Positions 56,755 to 64,000 of a stretch of DNA of 64,000 bases are shown piece by piece. Source of the stretch: an uncultured Phycisphaeraceae bacterium (lineage in GTDB: Bacteria > Planctomycetota > Phycisphaerae > Phycisphaerales > UBA1924). The DNA is taken from assembly GCA_942490855.1 (NCBI GenBank), contig CALNYS010000002.1, positions 92,341 through 156,340 on the forward strand, given 5' to 3'. The notes beneath the pieces were generated by a model, which made no database searches, was not told the origin of the DNA, and saw only the letters and a program-made list of their open reading frames with translations. A program made the translations under genes and the position numbers. Each line of letters opens with the position of its first letter. The first letter of the stretch is position 1.

Positions 56755-57522
56755 TCAGGCGGCTTCGGTGTTGAACTTGGGGGCGCCGGTGAAGCCGATG
56801 CCGCCCTGCTGCTGCCCGTTGGAGTTCGAGAAGCCGTTGGGCGTGGGGCCCTGAAAGCCGTTGGGGGCGCCGTTGAACCCGGCGAAGTTCGGGTTGAACC
56901 CGAAGAAGCCCTGGTTGTTGATCGGGGAGCCGAAGGACGGGGCGATGCCCTGACCGCCGCCGAAACCGTTGGCGATGCCGGGGTTCATGCCGGGGTTGAA
57001 ACCGCCGTTGAAGCCAGCGTTGAAACCGGAGTTGAAGCCGGGGTTGAAGCCGCTGCTAAAACCGGGGTTCCAGCCGAAGCCGTTCCAGCTCGTGGGGCCG
57101 CCGAAGCCGCCCGTGCCGCCGCCGAAACCGCCGTTGAAACCGCTCTGAAAACCGGGGTGGAAGCCACCGTTGAAGCCGGGGTTGAACCCGCCGTTGAAGC
57201 CAGCGTTGAAACCGGAGTTGAAGCCGGGGTTGAAGCCGCCGAACGAGGGCGAGGCGTTCCAGGAGTTCTGGGGGCCGAAGCCGCCGAAGGGCTGACCGAA
57301 GCCGGCGCCGAAGGGCGTGTTGAACGCGGGGGCGTTCCAGTTCGCGGGGCCGTTCCAGTTGGCGGGGCCGTTGTTCCACGAGTTGGTCGGGCCGTTGCCC
57401 CACGCGCCGTTCCACGGGGTGTTCCAGCCGGTGGAGCCGTTGAAGCCGCCGTTGAAACCGGGGTTCCAGCCGAACGTGTTGAAGAAGGGCTGGAAGGGGG
57501 CGGTGGCGAAGGGAGTGGTCAT
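56755..57522 (-). CDS. Gly/Asn/Phe-rich low-complexity repeat protein (GFN/FG-like repeats)
   Basis: ATG at 57522 preceded by AGGAG. 255 aa made almost entirely of GFNxGFN, WN and FG units. Third-codon positions are almost all G/C in this frame and not in the antisense frame. No signal peptide is evident. Confidence 0.75.
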   Translation of the reverse strand: MTTPFATAPFQPFFNTFGWNPGFNGGFNGSTGWNTPWNGAWGNGPTNSWNNGPANWNGPANWNAPAFNTPFGAGFGQPFGGFGPQNSWNASPSFGGFNPGFNSGFNAGFNGGFNPGFNGGFHPGFQSGFNGGFGGGTGGFGGPTSWNGFGWNPGFSSGFNPGFNSGFNAGFNGGFNPGMNPGIANGFGGGQGIAPSFGSPINNQGFFGFNPNFAGFNGAPNGFQGPTPNGFSNSNGQQQGGIGFTGAPKFNTEAA

Positions 57523-57822
57523 GTGTGTCGCTCCTGAGGAGGGTGTGGTTCGGCCGCGGTCTCTGCTCCGCGTCATCGGCCCGTCGGCGCGGCGGGCCGC
57601 GATCCCTGAGGCATAAACGCGTTACCGGACGCCCCGCGGCGGGACGCGTCCGCGTGAGCTATCGGCGACTCCGGGGAGCGACTTCGCGGGCGGCGCGTTT
57701 TTTTCGTTCCGGGCAGCGGGGTTTCTTCACACCCGCTTCAAAACACCCGCGCCCGAAGCTCACGGTTTTTGCGTGCGGCGCCCGCTCCTGGCGCGGTAGC
57801 CTCGCAGACGAGCGAGGAGAGA

Positions 57823-57862
57823 GGCCTCGCCCGGACACCGTCTGGGCGAGGTCGTTTTTATT
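57823..57862 (+). terminator. Strong hairpin plus T-run oriented for the plus strand (orphan terminator, possibly also used by the convergent EamA gene)
   Basis: GGCCTCGCCCGGACACCGTCTGGGCGAGGTC followed by GTTTTTATT. The 8-bp core CCTCGCCC/GGGCGAGG is extended by inner pairs. No credible plus-strand CDS lies upstream. Confidence 0.6.
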
Positions 57863-58349
57863 CCGCGACGTGCGACGCCGGGGTCGCGGCGGGCGCCGAC
57901 CCCCCCGCCGTTAGCAGCACCACCCCCGCGAGGATCGCCAGCACGCCCAGCGCCTTGCGCGTCGTCATCGCCTCGCCCAGCACCAGCCAGCCCAGCACGA
58001 CGGCCGTCGCGGGCGCCACCGCGAACGCGACGGGCTTGACCCGCGAGATCTCGCCCAGGTGGAGCGACACGTAGAAGCAGATCATCGCCAGCGCCCCCGC
58101 GATCAGCCCCGAGCCCAGCACGAGCTTGAGCATCACGGGGCGGTCCGCCTGCGCCCACGACGCCGGCTCGGCGGCGAGACGGTGCACGGCGACCGCGTAC
58201 GCGATCCACAGCACCGGGAGCGCCACCGTGGCGCGCACCGCCAGGGCGGTCAGCGGGCCGACCTGCTTCGAGTGCAGGACCGATTTCGTGAACAGCTCGC
58301 CCACGCCCCAGAAGAGGCCGGCGAGCACGGCAAAGAGGATCGCTTTCAT
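57858..58349 (-). CDS. EamA-domain (DMT superfamily) small membrane transporter
   Basis: 163 aa, about 5 TM helices. MKAILFAVLAGLFWGVGELFTK and C-terminal VVLGWLVLGEAMT..K.LGVLAILAGVVLL are typical of a single EamA domain. Confidence 0.75.
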   Translation of the reverse strand: MKAILFAVLAGLFWGVGELFTKSVLHSKQVGPLTALAVRATVALPVLWIAYAVAVHRLAAEPASWAQADRPVMLKLVLGSGLIAGALAMICFYVSLHLGEISRVKPVAFAVAPATAVVLGWLVLGEAMTTRKALGVLAILAGVVLLTAGGSAPAATPASHVAE

Positions 58350-58358
58350 CGGCGCACT

Positions 58359-60893
58359 CTACTGCGGCGCGCCGCGCAGGAGGTCCCCCGCCCGGAGCGT
58401 CAGCGGGTGCTCGAGGCCCAGCTGCTCGCTCAGCGCCCGCGCGGCCGCGGCGAGGTCGCCCGGCGTCACCAGCTCCCGCCCGGTGTCGCGTTCGATCTCG
58501 CCCAGGATGACCGCGAGGCGTGCGCGCGGGACGGCCCCCGGCGGGAAGAGCGCGTGGCACGTCTGGCGGATCTCGCTCCCGAGCGCGGCCGCGGCCGCCG
58601 TCCGCCCGGCCCGGCGCATGGCGTCGACCGTGTCGATCACCGCATCGACGACCGCCGGGCGGTCGGAGCCGTCGGCCTCGGCCAGCCCGGTGACGCGCCG
58701 GGTGAAGACGTCCACCGCCTCGCTGTCACGCCCTTCGCGCTGGAGCGCGCGCGCCAGCGCGAGGCGCAGCTCGGCGACGGCGGGGTCGGAGGGCGTCAGG
58801 ACGGCCGACGCGCTCGACTCGAGCTCGGTCAGGATCGCCGACCCCGAACCGAGGGCGAGCTCGAGCTCGAGCTGGGCGAGGAGCGTCTCGGGGTGGCGGG
58901 GCCCGAGGCTGCTGCGGTTGATCTCCACGAGCGTGCGCATGCGGGTCTGCGCCGCGGGGAGGTTGCCCGTGAGGCGCGTCGCGGCGCCGAGCAGGCGCGA
59001 CAGGCGCGGGGCAGAGGCCAGCGATCCTGACGCGCGCGGGAGCGCGGCGCGCAGGGCTTCGATCGCTTCGTCGACGCGTCCGTTCTCGATCGCGATCTCC
59101 GCCTCGGCGATCCGCGCCTCGAGCCACTCGGGCGAGTCGGGATCGACCACGCGGCGCGCCCGGGCGTAGAGCCCCAGCGCGTCGCCCGGGCGACCGAGGC
59201 GGTGGGCCAGCTGCGCCCGCACGATCAGAGCCGACCCGACGCGCGACGGATCACCCCCGCCCGGGAGCGCGTTCTCCAGGCGCCCGGCGAGCGCCGTCGC
59301 CTCGGCGAGGTTCCCGCGCTCGGCGAGCGTCAGCGAGAGGACGCCCACGACGTCGAGCGTCTCCCCGGCATCGGGCCCGAGCAGGCTCTCGCGCGCGTCG
59401 AGCGCCGCGCGCAGCTGCGCCTCGGCCTCGGCGTAGCGTCCCAGGCGGTGCAGGGCCTGCCCGATCGCCAGGCGCAGCGACGCCTCGACCAGCGGGTCCT
59501 CGTCGAGTTCTTCATCGAGCCGGGCGACGGCCTCGTCGAGCATCTTCGTGACGCTGGCGTCTCCACCGGTCTCGCTGACGCCGATCATGTCGCGCAGGAG
59601 CGTGACGACGCGCTCGGCGCGCTGCGCGGAATGCTGGGCCTGCTCGCGTGCGAGCGCCTCGGCGCTCTGGGCGCGCCCCGCGGCGACCGCGAACCACACG
59701 CTGACGAGCGTCGCGATGATCAGCGCCGCCGCGACCGCGCCCACCCCCGCGACCATCCCGGCGCGACGCCTCGCGAAGAGACGGAACTGGCGCCACAGCC
59801 CGGGGCGCGACGCCTCCACCGGCTCGCGGCGCAGGTACCGCGCCACGTCGGCCGCGAGCGCCTCGGCCGACTGATAGCGGCGCACCCGCTCGGGCTCGGT
59901 CGCCTTGGAGATGATCGACTCGAGATCGCCCCGCGCCGCCGGGTTGCACGCGCCCGCGCGCCCCACGCGCCGTCGGCGCAGCAGATCCGCGGCTTCCACC
60001 AGCGATAACCCGTCGAGCTCGTGCGGCGGGCGGTCGCACACCAGCTCGTAGAGCACGACGCCGAGCGCGTAGATGTCCGTGCGCACGTCGATGTCGTCGC
60101 CCCCGGGGCGGAGCTGCTCGGGGCTCATGTACTGGAGCGTCCCGACGAGCTGCCCGCCGAGCGTCCCGACCGTCCCGCTCGGGTCGTCCTCGACGGCGCG
60201 GGCGACGCCGAAGTCGATCACCTTCGGCTGCCCGTTCGCGCCGACGAGCAGGTTCGCGGGCTTGAGGTCGCGGTGGATGACGCCCTTCTGGTGCCCGTGG
60301 TGGACGGCGCCGCAGATTTTGATGAAGAGCGCCAGCCGCGCGTCGAGCAGCAGCGCGCTCTCGCGGGCGTAGCGCGTCACAGCGCGGGCCTCCGGGACGA
60401 GCTCCATCGCGAAGTAGGGCGCCGAGAGCGCGCCGTCGGAGTGCGTCCCCGCCTCGTAGATCTGCGCGACCCCGGGGTGGCGCAGCAGCCCGAGCACCTC
60501 GGCCTCGTAGCGGAAGCGGCGCAGCGCTCGCGGCGACATCGCGCCGGCGCGCAGGACCTTCACCGCCACGGCGCGCTTGGGTTCGTCCTGCTCGGCCTCG
60601 TACACCGCGCCCATCGAGCCCGACGCGATCAGGCCCGTGATGGTGAACCGCCCCACACGCTGCCCGACGAGCGCCTCGGCGTCGGGCGTGTCGTCGGGGA
60701 TGCGGTCGATCACCGATTCTTCGAGGAACGTGTCGTCGGGGTCGTGGTGCCCGAGGAGCGATCCGACCTCGGCCGCCACGCCGGGCTCGCGCTGCTCGAG
60801 CGCACCGAGGAACTCCCGCCGAGCCGCGTCGTCCATCCCGAGGGCTTCGGAGAAGGCCTCCTTCACCTGGGCGTGGAAGGCCTCGCCCGTCAC
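58359..60893 (-). CDS. Ser/Thr protein kinase with one TM helix and a large C-terminal TPR-like domain
   Basis: The GTG at 60893 overlaps the sigma factor stop (GTGA). Kinase motifs present: VAVKVL, HRDLKPANLLV, DFGVAR, GTLQYMSPEQ. TM segment MVAGVGAVAAALIIATLVSVWFAV. Repeated helical pairs follow. Confidence 0.88.
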   Translation of the reverse strand: MTGEAFHAQVKEAFSEALGMDDAARREFLGALEQREPGVAAEVGSLLGHHDPDDTFLEESVIDRIPDDTPDAEALVGQRVGRFTITGLIASGSMGAVYEAEQDEPKRAVAVKVLRAGAMSPRALRRFRYEAEVLGLLRHPGVAQIYEAGTHSDGALSAPYFAMELVPEARAVTRYARESALLLDARLALFIKICGAVHHGHQKGVIHRDLKPANLLVGANGQPKVIDFGVARAVEDDPSGTVGTLGGQLVGTLQYMSPEQLRPGGDDIDVRTDIYALGVVLYELVCDRPPHELDGLSLVEAADLLRRRRVGRAGACNPAARGDLESIISKATEPERVRRYQSAEALAADVARYLRREPVEASRPGLWRQFRLFARRRAGMVAGVGAVAAALIIATLVSVWFAVAAGRAQSAEALAREQAQHSAQRAERVVTLLRDMIGVSETGGDASVTKMLDEAVARLDEELDEDPLVEASLRLAIGQALHRLGRYAEAEAQLRAALDARESLLGPDAGETLDVVGVLSLTLAERGNLAEATALAGRLENALPGGGDPSRVGSALIVRAQLAHRLGRPGDALGLYARARRVVDPDSPEWLEARIAEAEIAIENGRVDEAIEALRAALPRASGSLASAPRLSRLLGAATRLTGNLPAAQTRMRTLVEINRSSLGPRHPETLLAQLELELALGSGSAILTELESSASAVLTPSDPAVAELRLALARALQREGRDSEAVDVFTRRVTGLAEADGSDRPAVVDAVIDTVDAMRRAGRTAAAAALGSEIRQTCHALFPPGAVPRARLAVILGEIERDTGRELVTPGDLAAAARALSEQLGLEHPLTLRAGDLLRGAPQ

Positions 60894-61504
60894 TCCTGAG
60901 GATCCTCCGGGGCGATCCCGCGCAGCAGCTCGCGTCGGAGCCACGCCTTGGCCATCGCCCAGTCGGACTCGACGGTGCGCTGCGAGACGCCCAGCACGTG
61001 GGCGACCTCGTTCGCGCCCAGCCCGCCGAAGAAGCGCAGCTCCACGACGCGGGCCTGTCGTTCGTCGAACGCCTCGAGCTTCTGGAGCGCGTCGTCGAGC
61101 GCGATCATCTCGACGTGATCGACGCCCTCGACCAGCGGGCGGTCGAGCGTGACCCGCGCCCACGACCCGCCGCGTTTGGCGGCTTTCGTCGCCCGGGCGT
61201 GGTCGATGAGCACGCGCCGGATCATGCTGGCGCCGACCGCGATGAAGTGAGCGCGGCTCTTCCAGTCGGTCTTGCGCTGATCGACGAGACGGAGGAACGC
61301 CTCGTTGACGACGGCCGTCGGCTCGAGGGTGTGGTTGGCGCGTTCCTGTCGCAGGTAGACGGAAGCGAGGGCCCGGAGCTCGTCGTAGACGAGGGGCATG
61401 AGGTCTGCCGCGGCGCCGTGCTCGCCCTCGGAGAGAGCGTTGAGGCGGTCGGTGGCGTCGGCTGTCTGGTCGGGAGGCCTAGTCATCGCTTCAGATGTAC
61501 GCAT
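60890..61504 (-). CDS. ECF-type sigma-70 family factor (kinase-associated ECF type)
   Basis: LMPLVYDELRALASVYLRQERANHTLEPTAVVNEAFLRL, IRRVLIDHARATKAAKRGG, VVELRFFGGLGANEVAHVLGVSQRTVESDWAMAKAWL. Confidence 0.88.
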   Translation of the reverse strand: MRTSEAMTRPPDQTADATDRLNALSEGEHGAAADLMPLVYDELRALASVYLRQERANHTLEPTAVVNEAFLRLVDQRKTDWKSRAHFIAVGASMIRRVLIDHARATKAAKRGGSWARVTLDRPLVEGVDHVEMIALDDALQKLEAFDERQARVVELRFFGGLGANEVAHVLGVSQRTVESDWAMAKAWLRRELLRGIAPEDPQE

Positions 61505-61619
61505 GGTACGCCCGATGGGTCCGTTTCAGCGGATCGGGGGCGGAGGACGTCAATCTTTCATAAAGAGAAAGGCGCAGGCTTTGCCGGTGTCTATTCTTAT
61601 CGGCGGAGGGGGAGACGAG

Positions 61620-63017
61620 ATGGGACTGTCGCGGAGGGTGTTTCTGGCGCGCAGCGCGGCCTCGGTCGGGCTGGGGTTCGCGGGGCTGCGCGCACTAAGC
61701 GGGTCCTCGGCGCTCGCGGGCGGCCGCGGCGTCGGCGCCCCCGGCTTCGGCGAGCTGCGGCGTGACCCGGCGGGCGTGCTCGATCTGCCCGAGGGGTTCA
61801 CCTACCGCGTGATCTCGCGTTTCGGGGAGATGATGGACGACGGGCTCGTCACGCCCGGGTTCCCCGACGGCATGGCGTCGTTCCCCGGTCCTGACGGCAC
61901 GACGCTGCTGGTGCGCAACCACGAGCTCGAGCCCCACTGGTCGCGCTACGGCGCGTTCGGCCCCCGCAACGAGCGTCTTACCGACGCGCACCGGGAAGTC
62001 GGGTTCGACCTCGTCGGGCGCCAGCCCAGCCAGGGCGGGACGACCACGCTGTGGTACGACCACCGCGCCGGGGCGCGCAAGGGGCAGTGGCTCAGCCTCG
62101 CGGGGACCAACCGCAACTGCGCCGGCGGCCCGACCCCGTGGGGCTCGTGGCTGACGTGCGAGGAAGACACGCTGCGCGCCGGGCAGCGCGGGCGCCAGGA
62201 CCACGGGTGGGTCTTCGAGGTGCCGGCGACGCACGACCGCGCGCTGCACAAGGCCGAGCCGATCAAAGCGATGGGACGCTTCTACCGCGAGGCGGTGGCG
62301 GTCGATGCGCGCACGGGCATCGTGTACATGACCGAAGACCTCGGCGACGCGGCGTTCTACCGCTACGTGCCCGACAAGCCGGGCAACCTGCTCGCGGGCG
62401 GGAAGCTCCAGGCGCTGCGGGTGATCGGCTCGCGCGGGCCGTTTGACACACGGAACTGGGGCGACGCTCCCGGCGTGCGCGTGGGCGAGCGCCTGCGCGT
62501 CGAGTGGGTGGATCTCGACGATGTCGAATCGCCCAGGGACGACCTGCGCACGCGCGCGCGGGACGAGCACGGGTGCGCCGTGTTTGCGCGCACCGAGGGG
62601 ATCTGGGCGGGCGAGGACGCGGTGTACATCGGGTGCACCTCCGGCGGACGCAAGAAGGCCGGGCAGATCTGGACCTACCGCCCGAGCGCGCACGAGGGCA
62701 CCGCGCGCGAGTCGGGCGCCCCGGCGATGCTCGAGCTGTTCATCGAGCCCAACGACCCCGACCTCATCGAGAACGCCGACAACCTTGTCGCGGCGCCCTG
62801 GGGGGACCTGATCGTCTGCGAAGACGCCAGGGACGATCAGCACCTCGTGGGCGTGACGCCCAACGGGGGGCTCTACCGCCTGGCGCATAACGCGCTGAGC
62901 GATTCTGAGTTCGCGGGGGCGTGTTTCTCGCCGGACGGGAAGACGCTCTTCGTGAACATCCAGCGCGACGGGCTCACGCTGGCGATCGACGGGCCCTGGG
63001 ACTCGCGCCGCTCCTGA
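61620..63017 (+). CDS. DUF839 / PhoX-like secreted beta-propeller protein with a Tat-type signal
   Basis: ATG at 61620 preceded by GGAGGGGGAGA. MGLSRRVFLARSAASVGLGFAG carries a twin-arginine-like motif. NCAGGPTPWGSWLTCEE and YMTEDLGD..FYRYVP are PhoX/DUF839-type motifs. Confidence 0.8.
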   Translation: MGLSRRVFLARSAASVGLGFAGLRALSGSSALAGGRGVGAPGFGELRRDPAGVLDLPEGFTYRVISRFGEMMDDGLVTPGFPDGMASFPGPDGTTLLVRNHELEPHWSRYGAFGPRNERLTDAHREVGFDLVGRQPSQGGTTTLWYDHRAGARKGQWLSLAGTNRNCAGGPTPWGSWLTCEEDTLRAGQRGRQDHGWVFEVPATHDRALHKAEPIKAMGRFYREAVAVDARTGIVYMTEDLGDAAFYRYVPDKPGNLLAGGKLQALRVIGSRGPFDTRNWGDAPGVRVGERLRVEWVDLDDVESPRDDLRTRARDEHGCAVFARTEGIWAGEDAVYIGCTSGGRKKAGQIWTYRPSAHEGTARESGAPAMLELFIEPNDPDLIENADNLVAAPWGDLIVCEDARDDQHLVGVTPNGGLYRLAHNALSDSEFAGACFSPDGKTLFVNIQRDGLTLAIDGPWDSRRS

Positions 63018-63073
63018 AGGGGCCGGCGCCCCCTATCATCTCGCCCTTCGCTCCTTCGGAGACCCCCGGCGAG

Positions 63074-64000
63074 ATGGACCGCGCCCCAACCGCACTAACG
63101 ACGACTCTCCCGCCGGACCAGCCGGCGGGGCTGAGCCGCACTGCGCTCACGGGCGTCGGGCTGGGGCTGATCGCGCACGCGGTCTGGGGCACGAGCCCGA
63201 TCTACTTCAAGGCGGTCGGGCACGTCAACGTGTGGGAGCTTCTGGCGCACCGGGCGCTGTGGGCGGCGCCGATGCTTCTCGCGGTCGTGGTGATCTTCAA
63301 GCGGCTCGGCGCGCTGCGCGCGGCGATCACCGACCCGCGCACCCGGCGCACGCTCGCGATCACGACCGGGCTCATCGGCGTGAACTGGTTCCTGTACATG
63401 TACGCGATCGACACCGACCGCGTTCTGCACGCGAGCATGGGGTACTTCTACGGCCCGCTGGTGAACATCGTGCTCGCGCGGCTGTTCCTCGGCGAAAAGA
63501 TGATGCTCGCGACGAAGTTCGCCGTCGGGCTCGCGATCGTGAGCGTCGGGCTCATGACCTGGGACATGGGCGAGCTGCCCTGGATCACCGTGGTGCTGCC
63601 CGTGAGCTTCGGGTTCTACGCGCTGCTGCGCAAGAAAGCGCCGATCGACCCGCTGACGGGGCTGACGGTCGAGGCGTGGGCGCTGCTGCTGCCGGCGATC
63701 GGCTATCTCGTGTGGGCGCACACGATGGGCGGCGGCGCCGACGGGGCGTTCGGGTCGGACCTGACGACGTCCCTGCTGCTGCCCGTGGCTGGGCTGATCA
63801 CGGTGATCCCGCTGCTGACCTACAACGCGTCGGCGAAGCGGCTCTCGCTGACGGCGGTGGGGTTCATGCAGTACCTCGCGCCGACGGGGCAGCTCCTGCT
63901 GGGGTGGCTGGTGTACGACGAGGAGATGTCGCCCGTGCGCGGTGCGGCGTTCATCGTGGTGTGGATCGGGCTGAGCCTGTACACGTTCGCCCAGGTGCGC
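63074..64000 (+). CDS. rarD: RarD-like EamA-family transporter, truncated by the window end
   Basis: The ATG at 63074 gives MDRAPTALTTTLPPDQPAGLSRTALTGVGLGLIAHAVWGTSPIYFKAV...WELLAHRALWAAP...GYFYGPLVNIVLARLFLGEKM. There is no stop before 64000, so the ORF is absent from the track. Confidence 0.8.
   Translation, partial: MDRAPTALTTTLPPDQPAGLSRTALTGVGLGLIAHAVWGTSPIYFKAVGHVNVWELLAHRALWAAPMLLAVVVIFKRLGALRAAITDPRTRRTLAITTGLIGVNWFLYMYAIDTDRVLHASMGYFYGPLVNIVLARLFLGEKMMLATKFAVGLAIVSVGLMTWDMGELPWITVVLPVSFGFYALLRKKAPIDPLTGLTVEAWALLLPAIGYLVWAHTMGGGADGAFGSDLTTSLLLPVAGLITVIPLLTYNASAKRLSLTAVGFMQYLAPTGQLLLGWLVYDEEMSPVRGAAFIVVWIGLSLYTFAQVR

Noticed and set aside
57525-57914. 129-aa plus-strand ORF in the gap between the GFN and EamA genes.
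   Set aside because: It is an Arg-rich low-information sequence (..RRRGGPRSLRHKRVTGRPAAGRVRV..) with no ribosome-binding site, and it overlaps the EamA gene end. I treated the region as non-coding, see the corresponding finding.
60894-61163. 90-codon N-terminal extension of the kinase ORF overlapping the sigma factor gene.
   Set aside because: The extension is Arg/Gly-rich and lies out of frame within the well-supported sigma gene. The GTG at 60893 gives a 4-nt stop/start overlap and a sensible kinase N-terminus.

Overview
The window is very GC-rich, dense bacterial chromosome, and most genes lie on the minus strand. All calls come from reading the ORF translations and the DNA by eye. No database search, HMM run or composition statistic was performed.

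The gene content points to a Planctomycetota-like organism, possibly Phycisphaerae-like. Supporting signs are a DUF1559-type pseudopilin with an FTLIELLVV N-terminus, PEP-CTERM proteins, many dockerin-tailed secreted proteins, an ECF sigma factor coupled to a Ser/Thr kinase, and FG-GAP/VCBS propellers.

Housekeeping genes I recognise: dapF, psuG, ychF (frameshifted), aat, acs, tRNA-Ala(GGC), rlmE, dus, ispF, rplS, trmD, rpsP, yraN (frameshifted), sdhCAB, rarD, an M50 protease, and ICDH/IPMDH-family and fused aconitase-family genes.

Most interesting items:
1. An operon encoding a split citrate-cleavage-like trio: an ATP-grasp CoA-ligase beta subunit with a C-terminal extension of about 130 aa, a CoA-ligase alpha subunit, and a short citrate-synthase-fold lyase. 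It is translationally chained to two GNAT acetyltransferases and a divergent HD-like protein.
2. A dockerin-like C-terminal module ending in ..LLAAWG(PC) on nine unrelated secreted proteins, with no cohesin recognised. One tandem paralog pair carries the same body with either this module or a PEP-CTERM tag.
3. A 255-aa G/N/F-repeat (GFN/FG-like) low-complexity protein with its own terminator.
4. Two frameshifted conserved genes, one of them inside a (CG)8 repeat.
5. A palindromic REP-like element present in three copies.
6. Two compositionally atypical orphan genes.

I saw no CRISPR array, transposase, integrase or rRNA.
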